Virus record (IMG/VR): IMGVR_UViG_2548876968_000003
Coordinates: 1-64,000 of that record
DNA length: 64,000 nt
DNA from: a virus
Taxonomy: Duplodnaviria; Caudoviricetes
Strand: one strand, 5' to 3'
The position numbers and the translations under genes were made by a program. Below the pieces are notes generated by a model. It was given only the letters and a program-made list of their open reading frames with translations, ran no database searches and was not told the DNA's origin. Position 1 is the first letter of the stretch; the number at the start of each line of letters is the position of its first letter. Shown here piece after piece: positions 9,279-17,345 of the stretch.

Positions 9279-10643
9279 TTAACCCATGCTCAAAACGGCC
9301 GATCCGAAAATTTGACCATTGATTTTGATAAAGGTATAGATGTCTTTTCTGGAAGCCGTAGAGGTTGGGGTCGGAACTGTTGCCCCCGGCCAAAGGAAAG
9401 TTCCACCGGCCCATGTGATTGTATATGCAGAACCCGCGGATTCAAAGACTACGTTTACAACTTCGTTCTCTGTTAAATTTGAAAGTGTGATCGTTGCTGT
9501 TCCTCCTGTGATTCTGAATAGGTTTGCACTGGAACAATCGATCGTCTTACTCCCCGCAGTAAGAAGAGCCGTTACGGGTGAAGATTGTCTCACGTAATCC
9601 GTAACCGTTTTCATTCCGGGTGTATTCAATGCACTTGGAGGAGGAACTGTCTTTAGACCGGATGCGGTTGAAGAGTCATATGCAAGTAACTCGTTGTCTG
9701 CACCGACCGGAAAGGCTACAAAGTTTCCCGATCCGTTGCGTGTAATCAGTTGTCCTTTCGAGGAAATCGTTTTTTCTAAAGTATGTACAAGATCAATATC
9801 CGTGCGAGTTCCCAAGAATAAACTTTGAGATTGTACGACATTCCCATTGATAAGACCGGAGGCTCCGTAATTTGTAACGTTTAAAGATCCTGACGAGTTA
9901 CTCTTGATTAAATTTGTTTCAATATTACAAATCCCCGTAAAAGTGAAGATTCCAAGAAGCCGATTATTTAGAGAAAACAGAGAATTTCCTGGTCCGACGA
10001 TTTGGGAGTTTTGCATGAAAATAGTTAAAGAACCGGTATAAAAATCGATCCCGTTCGAACTGGTTCCATTATACTGGATACTTGCGTCGATCATTGAGAA
10101 CGAATTTGTTCCCGAGTTATCGTTAAAATGGGATGCGAATTTGAGATTCAATCCTCTGATCTCTAAAGGCCATGTACTGAGTAAAAACCCGGATGCAAAA
10201 GAAACATCGGTATACGTTGCCTTTTTGTACCTGGAAAGTAAAATGAATTCAGAAAAATTTACGTTATCTACCGGAACAACAATTCCTTGGAGAGAGTCGT
10301 CGAATTGAATGTATTTTAATCCTTGAATATTGAATGTCGCGGACATCATCGTTGTCCAGTCGTTATATACATTTCCGGATGGAGTCGACTCTCCCGGTCG
10401 AAAGATAAATACGTTTCCTCCACCGACAACCGCAGGCCGTTGACTTAAAGATAAAATCCCATTTGTATCGAGAGTCGCGAGACCGTTCGGCACTCCCCTT
10501 GATGAAACATTCAATTTTGTATTGATCGAAGATTGTAACGAAGCGATCGCATTCACTCTGGCTGATACTTCCGCGGATACAAGATTGTCTGTGTATGCAC
10601 GTAGAGCGTTGTCTTTTAAATAATCGTTTTTAAAAGATTTCAC
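9279..10643 (-). CDS. Tail fibre/spike protein
   Basis: GLATLD.NG.L motif, beta-rich body, C-terminal TITW...WPG..VPT...KDIYTF fibre domain. Confidence 0.65.
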   Translation of the reverse strand: MKSFKNDYLKDNALRAYTDNLVSAEVSARVNAIASLQSSINTKLNVSSRGVPNGLATLDTNGILSLSQRPAVVGGGNVFIFRPGESTPSGNVYNDWTTMMSATFNIQGLKYIQFDDSLQGIVVPVDNVNFSEFILLSRYKKATYTDVSFASGFLLSTWPLEIRGLNLKFASHFNDNSGTNSFSMIDASIQYNGTSSNGIDFYTGSLTIFMQNSQIVGPGNSLFSLNNRLLGIFTFTGICNIETNLIKSNSSGSLNVTNYGASGLINGNVVQSQSLFLGTRTDIDLVHTLEKTISSKGQLITRNGSGNFVAFPVGADNELLAYDSSTASGLKTVPPPSALNTPGMKTVTDYVRQSSPVTALLTAGSKTIDCSSANLFRITGGTATITLSNLTENEVVNVVFESAGSAYTITWAGGTFLWPGATVPTPTSTASRKDIYTFIKINGQIFGSAVLSMG

Positions 10644-12151
10644 TTGTGTTCAACCTTGAATCTTACCGCGCGCATTTGGAAGAGTGGATTCCCACTGAAT
10701 TGAACTGACACATGACCTGAATCGTTATAAAAGAGTGTGTTTGCACCTCCCGATGTTGAAATGGAAAACCATTTCCCGGATCCGTCACTGACGGAAGCGA
10801 TCACAGATAAAATATTATTTCCGAGACCTGTAGAAACCGAACAAAGACCGGACGAGTCGGTTGTTCCTTCAAACCAAGCGTTTTTTACAAGAGTGCCTAA
10901 TGGAGCATTCCCGGATCCTTCTTGCATCGTGCCGACTAACGCAACACTTTGAAGAACCGTTAAATCTTTTGTATCGGCGTATTCTTTAACCGCTCTTGCG
11001 GAAGGAGAAAGAGAGGTTTCGGTAAAAAGGGGAGAATCCGTGATAAAACCACTGGACGGTGAAACGTTGTTATACGCTGGAATAGAAAGAAAATACCAAC
11101 TTCCTCTTTGAGCGGAGTAGGCAAGCTCCCAATACCCACCGTCTAAATCTAATTGCCAGTCTTCAGGCAGATCTTCGATCAGTTGGCCGTTTCTTAAAAC
11201 AGTGATCGTGTGAGTTCCGGCTAAATTCGAAATGTCTAAAATTCCAACGACTACGTTGTCATCGGGACTTAGCGGAAGAGTAATTGAAATACCACCTCCC
11301 GAGACATCGCACAATACTCGCTCGTATTTGGAGGCGGTATAAGAACCGTTTTGAAGAGGAGAGTTCTTTAGAGATCCAAAATTTGTTCTCCACGTTCCGT
11401 CTCCGGATAAAAATCGTTCTCTGTCTGCAATGAGTGGAACGGGTACTAAACCTTTCGCTCCGGCGATTGTATCAGTCGCACCGATGAACGGATCATCTAA
11501 GGCAATCGTTCCGTTCTTATCGGGTAGGAAATAGGATTTTGCGGCCGTCGCAAGAGAGCGAATCACACTCACTATCGAACCATTTGAAACTAGCTGTATT
11601 CCTGGATTTCCAAGATCATTAGAAAGTCCGGGAAATCCATTCATTAAGTTTTTTTCAGAACGTAATTGATATTGTGGATGATCGTCGCTCGATGCTAATC
11701 CCAGAAGTTGGGAATGTTGTTGTACACGAGCTGTAGTTTTTAACCATCTACCAGGGTTCGGTAGTACAATATCATTGGGGACAATACTTCGAGTTACATC
11801 TTGCGGATCCGGTACCGCGGCAGTTGATTCTAAGTCGAATTGATAAAATGCAAGTTCATCCTCTACTTCTCTGATCTGTTTGTCTTTTCGATCAAAAGAA
11901 GAAATTGCTCTGAGATCAGATAAAGATTGAACGGGCGTATTCCAATTGGAAAGAACTTGCCCTTTGATCCAGTCTAGATTGACTGCGTCGTTTCCAAACT
12001 GAGGCGCGGCAACTCTCAGAGTTCCAAAATCGGAATCATCCGGAAGACGAATGTCCAAACCGGAAGAGGATCCTTTGATTTGAGGACCACCCTTTCCGAT
12101 TCGAACTTGGTTTCCAATCCCTTTTAGTAAGAAATCAAAAACTGAATTCAT
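10640..12151 (-). CDS. Tail fibre protein
   Basis: HSQLLGL..DDHPQY and GAKGLVPVP...RFLSGDGTW fibre motifs. Confidence 0.6.
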   Translation of the reverse strand: MNSVFDFLLKGIGNQVRIGKGGPQIKGSSSGLDIRLPDDSDFGTLRVAAPQFGNDAVNLDWIKGQVLSNWNTPVQSLSDLRAISSFDRKDKQIREVEDELAFYQFDLESTAAVPDPQDVTRSIVPNDIVLPNPGRWLKTTARVQQHSQLLGLASSDDHPQYQLRSEKNLMNGFPGLSNDLGNPGIQLVSNGSIVSVIRSLATAAKSYFLPDKNGTIALDDPFIGATDTIAGAKGLVPVPLIADRERFLSGDGTWRTNFGSLKNSPLQNGSYTASKYERVLCDVSGGGISITLPLSPDDNVVVGILDISNLAGTHTITVLRNGQLIEDLPEDWQLDLDGGYWELAYSAQRGSWYFLSIPAYNNVSPSSGFITDSPLFTETSLSPSARAVKEYADTKDLTVLQSVALVGTMQEGSGNAPLGTLVKNAWFEGTTDSSGLCSVSTGLGNNILSVIASVSDGSGKWFSISTSGGANTLFYNDSGHVSVQFSGNPLFQMRAVRFKVEHK

Positions 12152-12541
12152 CTATCCCAAGTAAACTTCTACTAAAACTTGATTCGTATCGTAGGTGGTT
12201 GCGACTCTCAAAGAAGTAAGTCCTCCGGTCCAAGCCATAAACCCTTGCGGTAAAGGATGATCGATTGCCGATCCATTGATTCGAACAATAATTGGTGCGG
12301 GATCGTCTTTTTTTATTCCGATCGCTGTGTCATCGGCTAGGTAAGTTGCAAGAATGAGAACGTATTTAAACTGAATCCCTGCAGGAATCGGAATCGTTAC
12401 AAGATTGTCTGTTTGTTTAAATGCCTTGGTAAGTTTTTGAGGTTGTTGGACCTGGAATTCTTGAGCGAATTCCTCAACCTCTCTTTCGATTGCAACGCCG
12501 GTTCTATTGAAAAGCTGAAAAAGGACACGATGTATTTCCAT
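12152..12541 (-). CDS. Hypothetical virion-associated protein
   Basis: First gene of the fibre operon; late motif upstream. Confidence 0.6.
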   Translation of the reverse strand: MEIHRVLFQLFNRTGVAIEREVEEFAQEFQVQQPQKLTKAFKQTDNLVTIPIPAGIQFKYVLILATYLADDTAIGIKKDDPAPIIVRINGSAIDHPLPQGFMAWTGGLTSLRVATTYDTNQVLVEVYLG

Positions 12542-12566
12542 GCCTCTATTTTGAATTGGAATGAAA

Positions 12567-12573
12567 TATCGGA
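12567..12573 (-). promoter_or_regulatory. Late-promoter motif TCCGATA (fibre operon)
   Basis: 25 nt upstream of ATG 12541. Confidence 0.7.
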
Positions 12574-12582
12574 ATAGTTAGA

Positions 12583-14301
12583 CTATTTAGATCGTACCAA
12601 AAGACCGGCGGGGTTTGCAAGAGTCGCAAGTTTTCCAAGACCTCCCATCATTTCCCCGAGTGCCCCGCCAAAATCACCTTTTGCAAGTTTGTCGATTGTT
12701 CCGACAAGCGATGTGATCTGTCCGGAGATAACTGGAATCACAGACTTTTCAATGTTTGAGACTGTTGTTGCTAAACTTTTCATCGCGCCCTTGTTTTCGT
12801 TGAATAAATCGATCATCGCTTTATTCATATCGTAACCGATTTGTGCGGCCTGCGCTCCAACGTCGGTTGCAAACGTTTCTTTTTTTGCATTATCAAGACT
12901 GAGTCCCTTGTTAAATCCTGCGTCAATTTTAGAGTTATCGAATTTTATGTCGTTGTATCCGAATTTCATTCCTGCAATCTCGGAAAAACTTCCGCCTTGC
13001 ATTTTATTTACGAGTCCGCGAGTCGTTGCATCGAGTCCCCCCATTGCCGAAGACATATATTTTCCGGGATTTAGTTCGGATTCCCTAATTGCTTTTATCA
13101 CGTCTCCTCCATTTGCTTTCAAGGCTTCAGCCATAGAAAGGGATCCAAAGACTCCTCCTCCAAAAGCTCCTTGTCTTCCTTGATCGGAAAGCTGTTCGGA
13201 TAATGCCATACGTCTTGAAGGATCCATATTGATTCTGTCTGTTCTTTGCATACCGGCTGAGAATTTAGCGTAGTCGCTTATATCTCCCGAGTATCCTTTT
13301 CCTCTTAAATTTTCAGAAATGGTTGCTAGTTTTGAGATATATTCGGATTGTCTTAAGCCCTGAAATCCGGAAGCCGAAGCACCTCCTCGAAGAAAACTAA
13401 TGTCCGCATTTTTTGAATCTTTTCGAATTGTTTCTAACTCTTTTACGACTTCAGCAATTCCTTTTCCTTGAGAAGCGGCAAAGAGCATTGTTTTAGAATC
13501 GATTTGATTTCCCTTTCCAAAAATGTTTTCACCGGTTACACGACCGCGAGCAACGTTTGCTTGTGCGAGTTCTGAATTTGAGAAATACCCTCCCCCGCCT
13601 CCAACATATCCGCCGGTCGCGCCAATTGTTCCGGACTGACTTTGCATTGCCGCGTGATACTGTTCCCCGATTGCGGAGATTGTCTTTAGCACTCCTCCCG
13701 CGATTGCAAAAGCGGCTCCGGCGATTGGAATCGCGGCTCCCATCAGTGAAAAATTATTTCCTTTAACTGATCCGCCGTCTGTTCCCGATCCTCCTCCGCC
13801 TACAGATCCCGGAAGTCCTGAGAATCCTCCTTTGTCAAAATTTGCGTGTTGGATTTTAATTTCGGCTTTTTGAAGTTGAAGTTGTTTTGCAGAGGTGAGA
13901 CCAATTCCACTTGGACTCGAATTAGGAGAAGATTCTTCATCTTCGCCGTCTTTCTTCTTTTTCTTTTTTCGCAACAGTTCGCGAGCGGCAGAAATCTTTT
14001 TATCAAGAGTATTAAAAAAACCACCTCTTTGAGTTTCGTCTAAATCCGATCCATCGGCTCCGACTTTCGAAGCCATAGCACTTCCCCCGGCATACCGAGA
14101 TGCCGCTTCGAGTTTCTTTTTTTCGGAACTGCCGCCACCGTTTCCGCTCCCACTGGAAGATCTCTTTTTCTCGGGTACTTTTCCAAGACCGGAAACAGGG
14201 ATTCCTTTTTTCCCCTTTTTTGCAATTCGGTCGTATTCTTTTTCTACTGACTTGAAGTCAGGCGTTGCCTTGACTTTTATATTTAAGGATTCTTCAGCCA
14301 T
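12583..14301 (-). CDS. Tape measure protein (short, 572 aa)
   Basis: Gly/Ala-rich amphipathic helices; directly downstream of the tail chaperone. Confidence 0.65.
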   Translation of the reverse strand: MAEESLNIKVKATPDFKSVEKEYDRIAKKGKKGIPVSGLGKVPEKKRSSSGSGNGGGSSEKKKLEAASRYAGGSAMASKVGADGSDLDETQRGGFFNTLDKKISAARELLRKKKKKKDGEDEESSPNSSPSGIGLTSAKQLQLQKAEIKIQHANFDKGGFSGLPGSVGGGGSGTDGGSVKGNNFSLMGAAIPIAGAAFAIAGGVLKTISAIGEQYHAAMQSQSGTIGATGGYVGGGGGYFSNSELAQANVARGRVTGENIFGKGNQIDSKTMLFAASQGKGIAEVVKELETIRKDSKNADISFLRGGASASGFQGLRQSEYISKLATISENLRGKGYSGDISDYAKFSAGMQRTDRINMDPSRRMALSEQLSDQGRQGAFGGGVFGSLSMAEALKANGGDVIKAIRESELNPGKYMSSAMGGLDATTRGLVNKMQGGSFSEIAGMKFGYNDIKFDNSKIDAGFNKGLSLDNAKKETFATDVGAQAAQIGYDMNKAMIDLFNENKGAMKSLATTVSNIEKSVIPVISGQITSLVGTIDKLAKGDFGGALGEMMGGLGKLATLANPAGLLVRSK

Positions 14302-14662
14302 AGAATTTTAATTCGCTATCGATTCTGTCTAAAAGTTCTTTTCGTTTTAATTCCCCTTCACTCGTGAGCATGTCTTGTGAGTACCCGGCCTCTGCCTCCA
14401 GGATATGAGCCATTGCCGGGCTTATATTCTCTAGGAATTCCATCGGTTTCATCTTCAGAACTTGGCGTTTCTGAGATTGTAGTTTCGCTCTCATGAGAAG
14501 ATTCGGAATGTCGAGTCTGGCCGTCGCCTCGAGGAGAAACCTCTTTTGTTCGAGAAATAGATTTCCCAAATGAGTGATTCCTTTCGGAAGTATTTTCATC
14601 TGGTTCATAAGAAATAGGTCGAGCAGATTCTCTTCGTCGTTCAGTGCGTCGAGCGTCCCTAT
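14294..14662 (-). CDS. Frameshift extension of the tail assembly chaperone (GT-like product)
   Basis: +1/-2 frame opens exactly at the A9 run after an in-frame TAA and runs 122 codons to overlap the TMP start. Confidence 0.6.
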   Translation of the reverse strand: MGTLDALNDEENLLDLFLMNQMKILPKGITHLGNLFLEQKRFLLEATARLDIPNLLMRAKLQSQKRQVLKMKPMEFLENISPAMAHILEAEAGYSQDMLTSEGELKRKELLDRIDSELKFYG

Positions 14663-15005
14663 TTTTTTTTAACTCTGATTGAAACCAGTTTTCCTTTTTC
14701 TCGTATTCTTTAAAGAGTCTGATAACAAACTCTTTGTCCCTTATCTGCTCAAAGGTCTGAATGTCTGGAATTGGAAAATCTTCAGGAATTTGTTTGATGA
14801 CGTGGTTTAACGTAGCGATTGCGTAGATATACCCGTAAGTCGTGTTCGGAATCGATTCAAGCGATGCCCCGTTTAATCGTTTCGCAACCGCGATTTCAAT
14901 GTCGAGTTCCGTACTCGGATCGGCGATATCCGCTTCGAATTTGTAAGAGCCACCTTCGTATTTTACATTTAAGATAACTCTTTTATTTGGTTCTAGAATT
15001 CTCAT
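14358..15005 (-). CDS. Tail assembly chaperone
   Basis: Upstream of TMP; ...QSELKKN followed by a low-complexity tail. Confidence 0.6.
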   Translation of the reverse strand: MRILEPNKRVILNVKYEGGSYKFEADIADPSTELDIEIAVAKRLNGASLESIPNTTYGYIYAIATLNHVIKQIPEDFPIPDIQTFEQIRDKEFVIRLFKEYEKKENWFQSELKKNRDARRTERRRESARPISYEPDENTSERNHSFGKSISRTKEVSPRGDGQTRHSESSHESETTISETPSSEDETDGIPREYKPGNGSYPGGRGRVLTRHAHE

Positions 15006-15030
15006 TCTCCAATCATGTACGCAAGTGCAA

Positions 15031-15037
15031 CATCGGA
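15031..15037 (-). promoter_or_regulatory. Late-promoter motif TCCGATG (chaperone/TMP)
   Basis: 25 nt upstream of ATG 15005. Confidence 0.6.
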
Positions 15038-15074
15038 GAAGATGCCTAATTTGAAAATTATCAAGTTTATTCGA

Positions 15075-15102
15075 TTGACAAAATTGTCGATCATGCTATA
15101 AA
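15075..15102 (+). promoter_or_regulatory. Sigma70-type promoter of the NYN gene
   Basis: TTGACA-N16-TATAAA with TGn extended -10. Confidence 0.75.
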
Positions 15103-15108
15103 AAGGTG

Positions 15109-15172
15109 TATAACCCCTATGGTAATGCGTAGGGCGCGGGGCTACTTCGAAAGAGGTAGCCCTTGCTTTATT
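15109..15172 (+). ncRNA. Candidate structured leader/small RNA upstream of the NYN gene
   Basis: Hairpins CCCTAT/GTAGGG and GGGCTACTTC-GAAA-GAGGTAGCCC followed by a T-rich tract. Confidence 0.35.
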
Positions 15173-15805
15173 ATGACAGTCAAAAGAACTTATGTTTATA
15201 TTGATGCCTTCAACTTTTACTATGGGAAAGTAAAAGGGACCAAATATAAATGGTTAGATTTTAGCAGACTCTGTTCCATTCTTCTTCCATCCAATTTGCA
15301 TCAAATTCTAAAAATTAAATATTATACTGCCGAAGTAAAACCTAGACAAAATGATAATGGACCATTGAATCGTCAGCAAAATTATATTAAAGCATTAAAA
15401 ACAAATCCTAATTTTGAAGTCTATTACGGTCATTTTTTATCCCATACTGTGAAGATGAAATTAGCTGATAGCCCAGGATTTGCTAATGTAATCAAGACTG
15501 AAGAAAAAGGCTCGGATGTTAATCTTGCCACTCATATGCTGTATGATGCTTGCAAAAATGAATATGACGTAGCTGTTCTAATTTCAGGTGACTCCGACCT
15601 TTTAGAACCCGTTAGAATAATAAGAAACGATTTTAAAAAACAAGTTGGATATCTTAATCCCCAAAAAAACCCGAGCCAAGTTTTAAAAAAGAATTGCGAT
15701 TTTATGAAAGATATTCGGAATTCAGCTATCCATAATTCTCAATTTCCAAGTGAAGTATATGATTTATTTGGAAACGTATATCGAAAACCAGATGAGTGGA
15801 TTTAA
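15173..15805 (+). CDS. NYN (LabA/DUF88, PIN-like) ribonuclease
   Basis: YIDAFNFY, EKGSDVNLA, ISGDSDL acidic motifs; start 15173 preferred because it lies after the leader. Confidence 0.9.
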   Translation: MTVKRTYVYIDAFNFYYGKVKGTKYKWLDFSRLCSILLPSNLHQILKIKYYTAEVKPRQNDNGPLNRQQNYIKALKTNPNFEVYYGHFLSHTVKMKLADSPGFANVIKTEEKGSDVNLATHMLYDACKNEYDVAVLISGDSDLLEPVRIIRNDFKKQVGYLNPQKNPSQVLKKNCDFMKDIRNSAIHNSQFPSEVYDLFGNVYRKPDEWI

Positions 15806-15860
15806 ACTTGTACAAAAGGAAAGTTTAATATTTCCTTCGTTTGCTCAGATTTATAAGAAT

Positions 15861-16391
15861 TCATTTGTAGATCAAAAGAAAACAATTGCAGTTGTCGTTT
15901 TTTGGAAAAAATGAAATGAATTTATCACTTTGAATTGTAGTTCGTTTATCTTTACTAGAGATTTCAATTTTAGAAAAATGAGCATCCATAATATTGACAC
16001 TGTCATTTATTGCGAAGTCAAAAAAATATGCGAATTTAGGTTTTAATTCAAAACGAAATTCTCCTTTTTCGGAGTCATACAAGATTTCTTGAATAGGAAT
16101 TTTGATTCCCTTTTCTGTAGAGAATCGATCGGGGCTAAAATATTTGTTTGCAGGAACTCTAAAAAAATTCGAGTTCTCTATATATTCGTTAGAGGAATGT
16201 GAGATTTCGCGATAAAATTCTTTTGTTGTTAACTTTTTTTGAAAGGTCACGGAAAGTGTAACAACTTCATCGGTATTGTTTAAAATTCCAATAGCATTAA
16301 CCCAACTACATCGATTGAATAAAAATAGAGAAATTAAAAACAAAAGTGAAGAGGAGCAAATTCTACTTAAAGTGTGCGACATTTTTACCAT
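15861..16391 (-). CDS. Putative lipoprotein (moron)
   Basis: Hydrophobic N-terminus ending LFLFNRC; AT-rich. Confidence 0.6.
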   Translation of the reverse strand: MVKMSHTLSRICSSSLLFLISLFLFNRCSWVNAIGILNNTDEVVTLSVTFQKKLTTKEFYREISHSSNEYIENSNFFRVPANKYFSPDRFSTEKGIKIPIQEILYDSEKGEFRFELKPKFAYFFDFAINDSVNIMDAHFSKIEISSKDKRTTIQSDKFISFFPKNDNCNCFLLIYK

Positions 16392-16416
16392 TTCTATTTT
16401 CTTTCAAAATAAGAAA

Positions 16417-16602
16417 TTAAAAGGAGGGAACCTCTATAAAAAGTGAATTTTGTTGATTTTTTTCTGAGAGAGCGGCATACATTTTTCTTTGTTGCTCAGA
16501 AATAGATAGAGCCGGGCGTTCCGAAGAGTCTGCTCTTTCAATAAAACGTTTTGCTTTTTCGCCTGTAAGCGTTGGAATTTTTTGAATTGGAGTCGCTGCC
16601 AT
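16417..16602 (-). CDS. Small antitoxin-like protein
   Basis: MAATPIQKIPTLTGEKAKRFIERA, 61 aa. Confidence 0.4.
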   Translation of the reverse strand: MAATPIQKIPTLTGEKAKRFIERADSSERPALSISEQQRKMYAALSEKNQQNSLFIEVPSF

Positions 16603-16911
16603 TTTTTGCTCTTTATTATTAGAGTCGGACCAAGCTGGTAAAAGCAAAAGGAACCTAAAAGTTTTTAGGAATTTGCCTTAGATCCAGCGCGTAACTACTA
16701 AAAACCTTTGCTTCATAGTTACTGTCTACATCTAAAGATCAACCTGTTCTTCTTTTTTGCCAATTAATAAATTGCCTACTACTTGGTCCCTTTAAAACAA
16801 CCCAATCCATCGGTAAATCTATTGAATATGTTTAAAATTCAGAAATTTTCGATAGATTCTAAATTCGATATTCTTAAAGAATTCAAGCTATTGGGACCAT
16901 TTCAAATTCGA

Positions 16912-17343
16912 TTAGTTAAAAGCCTCCATAGGTTCCCAATCAATTAACTCAAATTCGACTTCTCTTCCGGAGAACTCATTATTGTTTAACCCAAAACCGT
17001 CTGTGTTTACGGCACCCGTAAGTAATCCGACGCGTTTTCCGGAAGTTTTGTCTATGACTAAAATATCGTAAAGATCGTCCGCGTGCTCATCACTATGCGT
17101 ATCAATTACGACAACTCCTTCAACGGGAGTTCTGAGTATATGGAACTCACCCGAAGCGGTTCCTTGCCACGCGAGAGATTTCAATCCTCTCGGTTTTCTA
17201 TATCCGAGTGCTTGAATTCTTTCAACGTTATTATTGACGTTTACTCGTAACGATTTCATAAATCCAACGGCTTGTCCGTTGATTTTAACGATTGCGTCAT
17301 TACCGGTGAGTACAGCCGGATTAGGTCGTACGCTCTTAGCCAT
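16912..17343 (-). CDS. Tail tube protein
   Basis: LTGNDAIVKINGQAVG...IQALG motif like Twort/K tube; follows the sheath. Confidence 0.8.
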   Translation of the reverse strand: MAKSVRPNPAVLTGNDAIVKINGQAVGFMKSLRVNVNNNVERIQALGYRKPRGLKSLAWQGTASGEFHILRTPVEGVVVIDTHSDEHADDLYDILVIDKTSGKRVGLLTGAVNTDGFGLNNNEFSGREVEFELIDWEPMEAFN

Positions 17344-17345
17344 TC

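Noticed and set aside
16660-16810. Possible GNAT toxin remnant (RTG*SLDVDSNYEAKVF)
   Set aside because: Too short and degenerate, and on the unexpected side of the antitoxin-like gene
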